NCBI GenBank assembly: GCA_030704615.1
Contig: CM060734.1
Coordinates: forward strand, 53,010,001 to 53,074,000
Source: Takakia lepidozioides
Lineage: Eukaryota > Plantae > Bryophyta
DNA: 64,000 nucleotides
Direction: 5' to 3'
Each line of letters starts with the position of its first letter. Position 1 is the stretch's first letter. The notes below the pieces were generated by a model. The model saw only the letters and a list, made by a program, of their open reading frames with translations, had not been told where the DNA came from and did no database searches. A program made the translations under genes and the position numbers. Below, in pieces: positions 35,665-50,100 of the stretch.

Positions 35665-36834
35665 TACCATTCTCCTCAGTTAGAAACTATGGCATGGGCA
35701 AGTGGTCATGGTTATCCATGATTTCAGTAGAAGGACTAGGATGGATTCCACATCAGACCCTTCAAGGCTGCAAGATTGCCTAGTCTGCACAGAAGTGTAG
35801 CTAGTTGAAACATCCAAATTTTTTCGATCTTGTATGTCAGCCATTTCATTTGAATGAATCAAAAATGGTCATGGACTGAGTTTTCTTTCCCTACAGTCAC
35901 TGTTGTATGCTTGTTGACGATGGTCATTGGTCTCGATCACTAGAAAGCAAGCGATATTAGAGTAGATTTGTACAATAGATTTTCAAAATCCTTTTTTGTT
36001 TTCTTTGTTTTTTTTAGCCAAAAAAGTGGCGACAATGATGTGGCGATGATGACATGGTGACCATGATGTGTCACTATGGCATCCTATTCCAGCCCTACAC
36101 TAAAACTAGTATCCCACCTTTAGTCGTCACTAGAATAATACATATATCACAAGGCCCCCTGAGGGGAATAATATAGGCACAGGGGCTGGCCTTAGGGGGT
36201 GGGGATTTGACTGCGGGCCCTGCCAGGGGCATCCAGTCTTGAAGGATAGATCAGAGGGACAGGGGCTGCTGGTTGCTCTAGGCTGATTCAAGTCCCTGTA
36301 CTAGATGTTCAACTGGCATTTGTCTGCCATCCCTACACTGCTTTGTACTAGGGGGGAATACGGACCGGGAATGTGGTTGAGAAGGGGGGATTTTTGTCTT
36401 TGGGATAAGTGATGGGAAGGCAGCCATCTAATGAGGGGAGCAAACCTCAAATACATTTTCCCATAATAGCTACTGCAGTCACATTTGTTCTTGGACATTG
36501 TACAATGGCAATATGGGTTCTTTCCGATGTGGTTTCTTCCACGAAAATTTTGAAGATGATTTGCCAATCTTCTATGCTTCCTATGCAAATCCAATTTTGC
36601 ATTGCCAACACTTATGCCAAGCCAGACTGATTTCCACTCCAAAGATATCTGTGTCAGATGTAAAGTCTCTCCCACTCCCTCTTCCTTCAGTGTGGTCAGG
36701 AAAGCCAGTGAGGCCTAAATAGTCACTCAAACAGGGTCAGCAAACCTGACACAAGGAACGCCTAATGCATAGATAACCTGGACAGTAGAGGCTGAAGAAT
36801 GCAAACCTGGTGAAACCAAAACGACCAACCTAAA

Positions 36835-38289
36835 TCATTGTGCAAACAGACTTGACATGTTCTCTACTTCAATTCTAGATTTCCGGATGTCATCATGGAC
36901 CTGTTTCCCTTTTCCGAGAGCTCTGAGGCTGGCGCATGCATTGAGAATACAAGTGGATGTGACCATGTCGGGCGTCACCCCATCCTGTTGCATTTTCTCA
37001 TAGATCTTGAAAGCTTCCATAGCATCCCCATGCTGAGCATATCCTGCTACCAACGAACTCCACGAGACCACATCTCGTTTAGCCATACTGGCGAACACTT
37101 CACTTGACGCGCCTTCTTCATGCTGCCGCATTTTGCATACATGTCGATAAGGCTATTCTCCAAATTGATATAGGACGCAATCCCAACTTTCATGGTGTCA
37201 GCATGCACCTCTTTGCCCTTTTCCAGGGCTCCTAGGCTGGAACACGCATTGAGAACACAAACAAACGTGACTGTGTTGGCTCTCACCCCTGCTTGTTGCA
37301 TTTGCCTGTACATCTGGAAAGCCTCCCTCCCAAACCCATGACGAGCATATCTTGCTATCAATGCACTTCAGGTGACCACATCTCGTGTAGCCATATTATC
37401 AAACACTTGCTGGGCATCTTTCATGCTTTGCGCATTTTGCATACATGTCAACAAGTGTCAAGAGTATTCTCCAAATTTATATATGACATAATTCCAGCTT
37501 TGATGATGTCAGCATGGACCTACTGGCCCTTCTACAAATCTCCTAAGCTAGCATATGCATTGAGAACACAAATGAATGTGACCCTGTTTGGCATCATCCC
37601 TTCCTGTTGCATTTGCTCCTAGATCTTCAAAGCTTCCCTACCACACCCATGCTGAGCATATCCACGGCACTCCATGAAACCATATCTCGCTTATATTATC
37701 AAACACTTGTTGCGCATCCTTCATGACCCCACATTTGGCATACATGTCCACAAGGCTATTCTCCAGGTTTAAATATGACTTTATTCCATGTCTCCTAGGC
37801 TGGCACATGTTTTGAGACCGCAGATGAAGGTGATCCTGTCAGGGGTCACCCTTTCTCATTGCATTTGCTCATAGATTTTGAAGGCATCCTAGGCATGCTC
37901 ATGCTTGGCATAGCCTGCCATCATCCCCCAGTCCATGTAAGCAAATCTCGTTGTCAAACACTTGACGTGCATCCACCAAGCTACCGCAGTTGACATACAT
38001 TGACAAGGGTATTGAGTAGATATACTATTGGCTTGCATCCACTTTGGATAATGTAGAAATGCACCTGCTTCCCTTGTGCTAGGTTTTTCATGTTCATACA
38101 TTCCTGCAAGAGAACGACATATGTATTCCAGTACGCTCGAATGCCTTGTTGGCTTAAGATGTGGTGCACATCTTTCAGTCGTCCTGCCTTACATAGAATC
38201 CTAACATACTGACAAGTGCCAGAGAGGGAACTACCCCTGCCGCCAGTCTCTTGTCCCAAAAACATCTCCGCCTCATTCAACCCTGCCAT
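36835..38289 (-). pseudogene. PPR pseudogene A, copy 2
   Basis: Same fragments as 7439-8790 plus the 3' end. Confidence 0.9.
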
Positions 38290-38799
38290 TCTGCATGACT
38301 CAAAACTCTAAATCAAACCTTCAACCTCAAGTGCAACTTGTATTATACACCTAGATGCTTTTAAGAAATATGTACTGATGAGGGCCTTTGCGCATAATTA
38401 CAGTTATAAAACTAGCCAGACATGGTCATTGAGCATAATCTGTACCAAGCACATCTACTCACGTTAAACCTGAATCGTCATCTAAACAATACCCAATGTA
38501 TTCTTGGACGGGAACGCCATGGTGTGCATTGACATAACAACCATGGGATGTCATTGCCAGCTGAAGCTAACCAACCCAAGAGAAAGAAAAGATAGAATCT
38601 AAGACATGAAGATGCACACTTGCTCCTGCATACAAAGAACAAAACATTAGGATTACATGAAATGGCATACCAGTGGGCATTGATAATGTTGTTGTAAACG
38701 AAACATTAGGGGGGTGTGCCCTCACTCTTTGCTCTCTGAAACCAGTGTGTTCTGCAGCACTTTCCACATCCCCAAACACAAGACTACGCTTCGTTCAGC

Positions 38800-39770
38800 C
38801 ATATCATCAAACACTTGACGTGCCCCTTTCATGTGCCCACATTTGGCATACATGTTAACAAGGGTATTTTCCAGAGTTATGAAAGACGCAATTCCAGATT
38901 TCATGAGTCATCATGGACCTCTTTGCCCTTTTCCAGGTCGTAGGCTGGCACACGCATTGACAACCGAAATGAATGTGACCTTGTTGGGCATCACTGCTTC
39001 CCGTATCATTTGCTCATACAATTGGAGAGCCTCCTTACCCCATCCATGTTGAGCATATCCTGAGATTCACATTCCATGAGACCACATCTCGTTCATCCAT
39101 AGTGTCAAACACACTACGTGCATTTCTTATGCTCCCACATTTAACATACATGGCAACAAGGGCAGTGCCAAGAATGACATCTGACACAATTCCAGCCGTG
39201 ACGATGTTAGCATGGAGTCTGGATCTCCTTGCCCTTATCCAGCTCTCCTAAACTGGCACACTCCTTGACAACAGAAATGAACGTAACCTTGTTGGGTGTC
39301 ATCCCTTCCTGCATCATTTGCTGATAGACCTCAGAGGCCTCCCTAACACATCCATATTTCACATATCCTGCCATCATCGTAGTCCATGTAAACACATCAC
39401 GTTTAGGGATCGTGTCAAACAAATGGCATGCATCCACCACGCTTCCACACGTCACATACATGTTGACAAGGGTGTTGAGTACAAATAAGTTCGGCGTGTA
39501 TTTACTTTGAATAATGTGGGTGTGCACCTGCTTTCCCCTTTCGAGGTCTCTAGTTTTGATGCACTCCTGCAAGGTACAATGAGTCTGGCCAAACGTCTTG
39601 TTTGTTCAGAATGTACAGCGCCTCTTTCAGCTCTCCTGCCTTACATAGTGTCCTCACATCCTCAAAAGTGCCAGAAAAGTTGTTGACAATCCGCTCCCTT
39701 GCTCCTTTCCAAAGGAGTGATCTGGCGGAAGTTCTTGACTCCAACAATTGCATCTGATTCAATCCTGCCA
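38800..39770 (-). pseudogene. PPR pseudogene B, copy 2
   Basis: Matches 9300-10290. Confidence 0.9.
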
Positions 39771-42281
39771 TGTCTGATTCAAGAAACCTTAGTATAGAGT
39801 TTTCCAACCAGACTCCCAAAATATATCTCAAATCTCCTCAGGGCCTCAAGACAGATTTCTTATCAAGACAGGCTTGATGTTGCTTGATTCCAACAATTGC
39901 ATCTGATTCAACCCTGCAATCCTGCCGGATTCAAAACTCTTACTATAAGCTTTTCAAGTCAGACTCCCAAAATATATCTCAAATCTCCTCAGAACCTCAA
40001 AACTCTCATCAAGACAGGCCACATATTAGCAGGTCTACAAAACTAGTCCTGCAGATACATCGTTATTTTGCTGATGATTCAAGGTATCCAACTCAAACAG
40101 ATAGAATTGTTACTCTTTATTCTCAATGTATGAGATGTCCTAAACGTCCTCAATCAAGACATCCTCACCTTATCAAACCTGATATTGCACCACTGTGAAA
40201 GATCTGAGAAGTACTCTTGCCATAGCTGTTCTGTGATGGCTTGACCTGTGTAAGACTACAAGAAGATGAGAATTTTGCCTCACTCAAACTTCAAGAACAT
40301 GCAGTCAGCTCCACATAAGAAGACACATCTGTGGAGGTGGTATTCAAACTCAGTTATCACTCCCATCATCGGAGTCAGTTACACAATCTCCACATCAAAA
40401 CATGCATTGGCTCAACATGCCATGAGCATAGGATGTGCCCAGCTTGTACCATCTAAGAAGTCAAGATATAGCATGGACAACTCCTCGGACACCCTCGTAT
40501 TGGGAGAGAGGCCAGTAGTACTCTCCTCTCCCTCTTTTTTGGAATAATAAACAGAAGGGGACGGAGGCCCCAAAACGAATTCAAAAGCGCAAGGAGAAAT
40601 AAACCTTGCCAAACAACAGGGGCCGGAGCACTGCCCTGTAGCCAGCCCCCTGAAAACAGAAAAAGATAGAGAAAAGAGGGACAAACCCAAAGCCCCATAG
40701 CCCCAAGCCAACCACTGGGCCAGCAAGAGCGGAGAACCAAGGGATTCACGCACTCTCTCCTCTCTTTTATGTCATTGCCCTGGGAGGAGCATTTATTTCT
40801 CAAGACCACCTTCACAAGGTGCTAAATCAGTTGCCTGATTTTCCAGTATTTTGTTTGTTCTCCACCGTGGTTCCTTGCTATCCTTCTCTACCCTTTCACA
40901 AGCATGATGTGACTGGCAGTGCCATCACCAACACAGTTCCCATGTGTGTCAGACTGGGACTGGAGAACGAGTGTTAGAATCAACACAATATTTTTGGCAT
41001 GATGTTTACCCACCCTCACACAATTACTCAATTCCCTGTGGTATCCACAACAAGGTCGGGGGGTTACTATCCCAGAGGAACCATGTGTTCAAGGGTTTCT
41101 CATTGCCAATTCGTAGGAACTGCCCATGAGAACATCCTTCTCTGCCATTATCCATCCTTCATGGAGACAGGCATTGCGTTGACGGAATCACAACACTGCT
41201 GTCACATCCGGGGCACTAGCCCTATAATCTTACTCTGACGAAGAACCTGATGGGCTGTCCTCCCCCTAAAGATGGTACGTCACACGGCCTAAGGGTCCAC
41301 GGAATCTATGGCAACGACAACCTCTCTCTCTCTGTCTCTCCCCTCGACATACCAGAAGATTCCAGGAGATACAAGAGAAGCTTATGGAAGGAGGACAACG
41401 TTGTTGTTGACGATTACACTCACGTTTCTCTACATTACCATTTATGCCCACAAAGTGAATCCCTAGCTGGGTCATGGAGAATTTGGAGCCTGGAGCACTC
41501 CGCGCAAAAGGCTACCAGAATGTACCTTTCTTGAGTCTCCCTGCAGGCTGAGGAGGCTTCACAACCACTTGCAAGGGTCTCGGGCACGGCATTGCCAAGG
41601 TGGACGCCGGGTTCAGCTCCACGGCCCGGTCCATTAATCTGCTGCACGATGTGAGGCCTCCCGCCCTTTCACCGAAGAAGACAGGGCCTTCAATAAGTCT
41701 TCCGATTGCGCGAACAGAAGTTGCCCCGAGTACGATGTCAAAAAGAAAAAGATGAAGAGGAAACGAGTAGCAACAAAACCGCAACACAAAAGAGATCGAA
41801 GGGGACTGCTACAGATTTCAAGACATCGTGGCACTGGGGAACCTTCAAATCATGAAATGAAATCAACCCCAATTCTTTGGATGGGCAAAATGCCAAGAGT
41901 AGTGAATGAGTTGGCCAGCGTTGAGCCCTCGTCCTCAGGTGAGATTGAGTTTGCAGGTGATCGTTTGCCCATGTGTGACGGCCAGAAAGATTTCGCAACT
42001 GTCGTTGATTCCCCCCTGCATTTCTTGGTTTGGATGGCCCTTCCTCTTTCGCTTTGTGTAACATGTGCGGTTTTCCTCGCTTTCTTTTTGTTTGTTTTGG
42101 CATCTTCAGCCTGGCAGCCCTGGAAGTGCATGGTTGCATCTCAAAAGCACGAGTTGGTGAGATGAATGATCAAGGTCAGAGGGTTAGAAAGGAGCCAGGT
42201 CGTTGCAAAAGCAGGAGTGGTGAGAAGAATGATGAAGGTCAGAGGGGTTAGAGCCAGGTCATTGCTCCATTGAGATTTGCA

Positions 42282-42781
42282 NNNNNNNNNNNNNNNNNNN
42301 NNNNNNNNNNNNNNNNNNNNNNNNNNNNNNNNNNNNNNNNNNNNNNNNNNNNNNNNNNNNNNNNNNNNNNNNNNNNNNNNNNNNNNNNNNNNNNNNNNNN
42401 NNNNNNNNNNNNNNNNNNNNNNNNNNNNNNNNNNNNNNNNNNNNNNNNNNNNNNNNNNNNNNNNNNNNNNNNNNNNNNNNNNNNNNNNNNNNNNNNNNNN
42501 NNNNNNNNNNNNNNNNNNNNNNNNNNNNNNNNNNNNNNNNNNNNNNNNNNNNNNNNNNNNNNNNNNNNNNNNNNNNNNNNNNNNNNNNNNNNNNNNNNNN
42601 NNNNNNNNNNNNNNNNNNNNNNNNNNNNNNNNNNNNNNNNNNNNNNNNNNNNNNNNNNNNNNNNNNNNNNNNNNNNNNNNNNNNNNNNNNNNNNNNNNNN
42701 NNNNNNNNNNNNNNNNNNNNNNNNNNNNNNNNNNNNNNNNNNNNNNNNNNNNNNNNNNNNNNNNNNNNNNNNNNNNNNNNN
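42282..42781. other. Assembly gap (500 N)
   Basis: Run of N. Confidence 1.
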
Positions 42782-44106
42782 TAAATCATAATCTGATACT
42801 TATACGATACAATCACACTGTGTAGAGAGATCTGAGTGAAGCTGTGGAATGAATGGATGAGTTGATGGAATCCGATAGATTGATGAAGCAAACTGATACT
42901 TAATTATCAATAGTAAGGTAGCTAACATGAATGCGGAAAGGAAAACAAATAGGAAACACCCCCATGATACACTAGCTGCAGGTCATGACTGATTGTTCTG
43001 AGCGGGCTGAGTACTTAGAGATTTCCAACTCTTCTATCTTGGAGTTTCCGCCTCGGATAGCGAAGGGATGGGTGAGTAAAAGCCGCGCGACAAGAGGGAG
43101 TGGGAGAGACTTTACATCTGACACATATATCTTTGGATTGGAAATCAGTCTGGCTTGGCATAAGTGTTGGCAATGCAAAATTTGCATAGGAAGCATAGAA
43201 GATTGGCAAATCATCTTCAAAATTTTCGTGGAAGAAACCACATCAGAAAGAACCCATTTTGCCATTGTACAATGTCCAAGAACAAATGTGACTGCAGTAG
43301 CTATTATGGGAAAATGTATTTGAGGTTTGCTCCCCTCATTAGATGGCTGCCTTCCATCACTTATCCCAAAGACAAAAATCCCCCCTTCTCAACCACATTC
43401 CCGGTCCGTATTCCCCCCTAGTACAAAGCAGTGTAGGGATGGCAGACAAATGCCAGTTGAACATCTATTACATGGACTTGAATCAGCCTAGAGCAACCAG
43501 CAGCCCCTGTCCCTCTGATCTATCCTTCAAGACTGGATGCCCCTGGCAGGGCCCGCAGTCAAATCCCCAGCCCCTAAGGCCAGCCCCTGTGCCTATATTA
43601 TTCCCCTCAGGGGGCCTTGTGATATATGTATTATTCTAGTGACGACTAAAGGTGGGATACTATTTTTAGTGTAGGGCTGGAATAGGATGCCATAGTGACA
43701 CATCATGGTCACCATGTCATCATCGCCACATCATTGTCGCCACTTTTTTGGCTAGAAAAAAACAAAGAAAACAAAAAAGGATTTTGAAAATCTATTTTAC
43801 AAATCTGCTCTAATATCGCTTGCTTTCTAGTGATCGAGACCAATGACCATCGTCAACAAGCATACAACAGTGACTGTAGGGAAAGAAAACTCAGTCCATG
43901 ACCATTTTTGATTCATTCAAATGAAATGGCTGACATACAAGATCGAAAAAACTTTGAATGTTTCAACTAGCTACACTTCTGTGCAGACTAGGCAATCTTG
44001 CAGCCTTGAAGGGTCTGATATGGAATCCATCCTAGTCCTTCTACTGAAATCATGGATAACCATGACCACTTGCCCATGCCATAGTTTCTAACTGAGGAGA
44101 ATGGTA

Positions 44107-45261
44107 CTATGGATGATTAGTAACGCAATAAACCTCATTACCATAACCAGTACTTGCACGTGTCGCAGCTTGTGGAGGAGGCACAACGGGAACGCCACCG
44201 CTGGGATATCTTGGAAAGCCACCAATGGGAAATCCTAGACCGCCGCCGCCGGGAAACAAACCTACGCCACTGGGATGTCCTGGAAAGCCACCATTGGGAA
44301 ATCCCGTACCGCCGCCGCCGGGGAACAAATCGGGATAACCTCCGAAATGTCCAAAACTTCCAAACGGAGGAGGATGGCCTAGGAATGGATGTTTAGCGTC
44401 GAAGTACTTCATATTACCATACCCGCTTGCCGATGCCATAGCTTCTAGAGGAGGCACACCGGGAAATCCTGGAAAACCACCATTGGGATATCCTCCAAAG
44501 CCACCAATGGGATGTCCTAGAAAGCCACCACTGGGATATCCTGGGAAGCCACCACTGGGAAATCCTGGACTGCCGCCGCCGGGAAACAAACTGGGATCAC
44601 CTCCGAAATGTCCAATACTTCCTCCTCCGACACTGGGATGTCCTGGAAAGCCACCAATGGGATGTCCTGGAAAGCCAACACTCGGATATCCTGGAAAGCC
44701 ACCACTGGGAAATCCTCGACTACCGCCGCCAGGAAACAAACCGGGATCACCTCCGAAATGACCAATACTTCCTCCCCCGCCACTGGGATATCCTGGGAAG
44801 CCACCACTGGGATATCCTGGAAGGCCACCACTGGGATATCCTGGGAAGCCACCACTGGGATATCCTGGAAGGCCATCACTGGGAAATCCTGGACCGAGGC
44901 CGCCGATATTGGGATAATCTCCGACATGTCCAAATCTTCCATGACTTTTTTCACTACTATTGAGGTTATTGCCAATACCTCCATCAGGAATTCCTTCATC
45001 GCTTGGATTTCTACTCTGAGAACCATCACCATCGGGCCCTAGAGGACTTCCTAGGGCTCCAAGATCATGACCAACAGAAGGCCCAAAACTACTCAAAGGA
45101 CTAGGATCACTAGCTTTGTTGTTGAGGTCCAAATCACCTAGCACTACACCCTCTGAATCATGCTTGTTCCCAACACCTTCACTTGCAGCTTGCACACTCC
45201 CTATTAAGAAAATCAGAAACAAGAGGGAATTCACCATACAAATTTGTTGCACAGTCTTCAT
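44107..45261 (-). CDS. Gly/Pro-rich gene copy 3 (384 aa)
   Basis: Intact ORF with a different number of octapeptide repeats. Confidence 0.85.
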   Translation of the reverse strand: MKTVQQICMVNSLLFLIFLIGSVQAASEGVGNKHDSEGVVLGDLDLNNKASDPSPLSSFGPSVGHDLGALGSPLGPDGDGSQSRNPSDEGIPDGGIGNNLNSSEKSHGRFGHVGDYPNIGGLGPGFPSDGLPGYPSGGFPGYPSGGLPGYPSGGFPGYPSGGGGSIGHFGGDPGLFPGGGSRGFPSGGFPGYPSVGFPGHPIGGFPGHPSVGGGSIGHFGGDPSLFPGGGSPGFPSGGFPGYPSGGFLGHPIGGFGGYPNGGFPGFPGVPPLEAMASASGYGNMKYFDAKHPFLGHPPPFGSFGHFGGYPDLFPGGGGTGFPNGGFPGHPSGVGLFPGGGGLGFPIGGFPRYPSGGVPVVPPPQAATRASTGYGNEVYCVTNHP

Positions 45262-45568
45262 TGCAAGCAATCAATCCTTTAGCTGGACCTAAACCTCTTC
45301 CTCTCTTCCCAACTCTATAGCAAGATCACGCAGACGCACACACAAGTTGTTGGTAAGCCGCTCCAAAGACTTAGTTTATATAGTGACTGAAGGCCAAGGC
45401 CTTAAGCAGCATACTGATAAACATAGCTGCTGTTGGGCACTATAGTAGTGTCCACAGATTTTTCTTTTCTTAAAAAAAGAAAAAGAAAAGTGTCTTCGGA
45501 CTCAGTTTTCTTGTTTTTTTCTTTTCTTTTCTTTTCTTTTCTTTTCTCCAAATTTAGATATGATGTCC

Positions 45569-47102
45569 TGTAGTGTGAAAAGAAGGGGCGTGAATCCCCT
45601 TCTGTATAATTCTAATTGTGCTCCCCTCCATTGGTTGCGGAGCAAGAGGAAAGAAGCGTTCTTTCTAATCTGTCCAACTGTCGTCACTTGGCTGTGGGTT
45701 TCCCTCAGCTCCTCCGTGATCAGAGTTCAAGCAATCCTCATCCACGCCGCAGCGGAAGGGAAGACATGGATGGGGAGTCAATTTGTTGTTCACTCTTGGT
45801 TCTACCTTTTACACAACATCCCCTATCAGCAGGTACAGCACCAGCTATGCTGGTGCGATGTATTCAGTGATGCAAATCAGCCCAATGGCAGCGGTAAACA
45901 CGATCCTTTATGCGAAGCCCACTTGAGCAGTGACAGGTCGGAAATCCCCTTTTTGTAGTGGTGACACAGATTTAGGAGGAGGCAGCTCAGATCTTCATGG
46001 TCTGCAGGGGCACTGGTTTCTTTCAGGTTTTCTTCATCTCATCTCCCCAAATTGGCCAAACCCCCCCCCAACAGCCCCTTAGAATTTGCAGCTCTCTCCT
46101 TGCCCAAATCCCATTTTTCACTCTCTCTCTCTTTCTTTTCCCTTTTTGTCTGTTTCACTATCTGGTTTATGTCCCCAGGTTCCCCACTATTTCACAGCAG
46201 CAGATCTGTCATGTAATGTGAATGCACACGCTGCTAGGCATCCAGTGCGGCCAGCCTTGAAGTCATCCTCGGTCTCTCAAGACACAACCATCCCATCCAT
46301 CAGTCTCTCTCTCTTTCTCTCTCTCTCTTGTCCCTTTTTTCAATGACCCATCGCTCAAACAGCTCTCATCTCTTTTGTCAGACTTCAACCCAAATACCCC
46401 AACATCCCTCTTTTCCCTTCAACTGTGGAACGCAGTTGTTCAGATCCTGATCCCATAGTGAAATCACCTTATCCTTTGACATGTTTTTTTTTTTGCAACT
46501 CCAGCTAACTATCATTGATCTCTCCAAACAAACAAGCCAGATCTACATTGGTTCCAGGTTATCACTACACACGACAGCATGGTGTCCAGGTTTATGACAC
46601 TGAATCAAAATGCAAGAATGAAGACAACAGTGACCATTCTGAATTCAGTGACGAACAGGCTCTCTCTTTCTCTCTCTCTTCACTTATTTCTCTCACTGTC
46701 ATCACAACATCAGGTGCATCCATCCTTTCCACGTTCTGGTCTGAAGTCCAGAGTCTCCATTCCCATTTCAAAAACTTTTTCTTGTCACATGTCTCTACCT
46801 TTTGTCTTCTGCCAAGATGGCAGTCCTAAATCTACCAAAGCAATTTCTAAGTCCTAGCAAAAAGAAGCCTCTGTTCATCGACTTATCTGTTTTTATCCAC
46901 TAGTGAAGCGGCGGGTCTGCCTGTCAAGGTGGCACCTTGCCATCGCCCGTCAGCAGCCACTTCAACCCTTTCTCTTTGTCTTGATTCCAGACCTTATGAC
47001 GCCATGATGGCTCCCCTTCTTCACTTGGACCATCCTGTGGCCTGACAACCAGATTGCACTATGCAATTCTTCCTCTCGAATTGGCCTGGTCCTATAACAA
47101 GG
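45569..47102 (-). mobile_element. Truncated LTR of the same family as 5259-7438
   Basis: Starts TGTAGTGTGAA and is near-identical to 5259-~6779, then joins unrelated sequence. Confidence 0.92.
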
Positions 47103-50100
47103 GGTAAAATGTTCTTTGTGTGGGACGGGAATCACCGACTTCTCGCCTGGTGGGAGTACATCAAGCAGAACCATGCCAAGCACATTGGTTGGCATTACAT
47201 GGTGGAGTGTGTCATCCTGAAGGTGAAGGCGGCAGACTCCTCCCTGCTCAAGAATGCCATGGCGGACCTCAACTCGTAAGATACTCATACCCTCCCTAGC
47301 ACGTTCGAAATGCGGTGCCGCATTTCGGGTTCCATTCTGGTTTGTTTCCGTGCTTCCGTGTACTGAACTGGAGAGTGTGCCTTGCAGGGTCACTGAGAAT
47401 GCGTACGTGCATACCCACATGGCACATATGCTGTACAGGGTGAGGAAAACTGGTCTCACTGATCCGCAGATGTTTGCGGAAATGCTGGAGCCCGAGCTCA
47501 TTCAGAAAGCCGTTGCAAAAACAGACCGGACATGGTATCGTCTCACTATGGATGGAATGGTGGAGGTGATATACGAAGTAAGTCGTCCTCCAATTTCCCT
47601 CTGCTCATCCTTCCCCAATTTCCAGTAATCTTTCCACATGAATCGAATGTAACGCTTCTGCATGTTTTTGTTGGCAGTCAAACATCAAGCTGGATTTGGC
47701 CCATGCCAAACGCTTCTTCATGGAAAGTGAGGGGCAGGTCAAAACGTTGCAGTCATTGACTGAGCACTTGAAGGAAGCCGGTATCAAGTCCAGAACCAAA
47801 TACAAGTCAAAGCTTGTGAAGCTGGTGGCAATTGCAGATCCGGCACTTGGAAAGGACTTCATCCCCGAGATTGCAAAACACTATTCTCGGGCCATGCAGC
47901 CGACCATGCAATTGGAGAAACTGCATCACCTCTCAACGGCATGTGTGGAGGCGAAAGAGAAGGTGAGGTTTCAATGCACTGAAGTTCCTTCCTAGCAATA
48001 GCCACTCTCTTCCAGCTCCTGACATTGGATCGGAAATGGCAGACACGGTGGCTGTCGATCTGGAATGCATCCGAGAGCATAAGGACAATGTGGTCTTTTC
48101 CACTGGAAGTTTCCGACCCTGCAGTGGATGTGTGGCTCAACCGTATGACTTGGTGGTTCCAGGTAATTCAAGGTATTTCCCCAGATTTGCTTTTCTGACA
48201 TGAATTCCCTGAACTGCTACGTGACAATGCATTTGGGAATCGCAGGTAATGTCGAATGCGAAGGAGCAAGTCGTAATGCACACAAATTCGTTCGGCTTGT
48301 ACGTCAAATGGGATGGAACACAGACATTGGAAGACTACGTGACACGTTTCAGATGTGCGTACAAGGACAACCTTTTCGCCAGAGAGCTACAGACAGCAAG
48401 AAGGAGCGTGGAGTTTACACATCAGGAGGGAGCGGGGAAAGCTGCAATGCGAATTGTTTACAGGTGAAGCACAGCTGCCCTTGTATGCGAAGCCTGGTTA
48501 CGAGGTTTGTCTCGGAAATACGGCACCGCATTCGCATTTTATGTTTTCGGTGGCACTCTGCGAGTAGGTTGGTCTCAACTTTTGCTCACGCATGCTGACT
48601 GCCTTGCAGGTATATGAAATACGTGCTCCTTCAGACAGGGGCCCTGGCTCAAGAGCCCCCGTTCTTCATGGCTTGGACCGTGGCGGGCCCAAGCTGTGTC
48701 TACACACCCGAGATGCAGAAACAATGGCATCCCGCGCATCTCGTTGGATGCCCGTGGTACCTGGACATGTCTGGCGGTATTGTTGACGAGTCTGAGAAAG
48801 ATCTGCACGCCTTGGCAGAAGAGAAGAGAAAGGAAAGACGTGTCCCTGCTGGGCCAAAGTCGGCAAAGGAATCTGCTGCTCTGGAAGAATCCAGAAAGGC
48901 AGCTGAGATGGCACAAAAGACGGTGGATGCAGCTGTGCAGGCCCAACAGAAGGGGTCGAAGAAGAGGACTCGCCAGCAAGGAGCAGCTGTTGTGACACCC
49001 ACCAAAACGAAGAAGCAGAAACAACCTGTTCAGGAAGAGGGTGAGGAAGAGGACTCCGATGGAGACTTTGCAACCAGCCCACCCCCCCAAACGCAAGCTG
49101 CCTCCCCTGTGCCCACCGTTGTCACGAGAGGCACGAGAACTAGCTCGGCAAAGAAGGCACTCTTCAACCCCCAGGGGGGCACCCTTTCGAGCCGGTGGAA
49201 ATGAAGAGGCCAAAAGTGGCTCCCGAAACAGTGGTCCAGTGTGTAAATGAGAGTTTCTTGGCGGCTTTGGATGGACGGGCAGCCAAGTTGGCATACATGA
49301 AGACCATGGAGGGTCTGAAGGGCAGAGCACTGAAGAAGGCGACTGCCGAAGAGCCTTCCGACACCCCAGGATTTCAGAATATGGTCTCGTTCTTTGAGAG
49401 GGTGTGTGCAGACAAGGATTGTAGGAGGGGCGGAAATGCCACCGAGTGGTCTTGCGATATGATCATCTTAGATATTCCGGACGGAGAGCCTGTGGAAGGA
49501 CTGCAAGCTTTGCCATCTTGGAACAGGTACTCGGAGGACTTTTGGAAGAAAGGATTCGAGCTTGCCCGCATGGTGTTGGACGACAGAGGCTGTGTGGTTG
49601 TCCTGGCGAGCAGAGGAAAAAACACTCAGACAGGAATTGCGAAGTGGACCCGCAAGAGCGCCGTCCCGATTCTGAAAAAGAAGTGGACGTGCATCAACAC
49701 ACTGGGCCTTTGGTCGGAAGGGAAGAAGGTGATTACGACACTGGCACTCGTCCATTCATTTGCTTGGGTGTTTTCAAATGCGGTGCCGCATTCGGTTTCT
49801 AATCGTTTTCCCCCTGTGTATGCAGACGAAGCAGTTCGATGCATACTGCTTTATGAAGGAGAACTCCACCTTTGCTTTCCGGAAGGAGGGAGGAAAGGGT
49901 GACCCGAACTGCGGCCCACTCGATTACGACGTTCTGTTCAACAACGTTCCCAAGGAACTTCTCCCTCATAGCCTCACTTCAACGGAACCCCTGCGGTACT
50001 CACGGACTCGGAGCCCTGCCTTCATTCAGACAATTATGGAAACATGCACAGACGTGGAGGGCACAGTGCTCGACCTCATCTGTGGGACATGTATGCAGAA

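Noticed and set aside
42259-42891. ORFs spanning the N run
   Set aside because: Artefacts of the assembly gap
5259-47102. LTRs at 5259-7438 and 45569-47102 as the two ends of one element
   Set aside because: The internal domain and PBS lie left of 5259, the intervening DNA is host duplications, and the second copy is truncated
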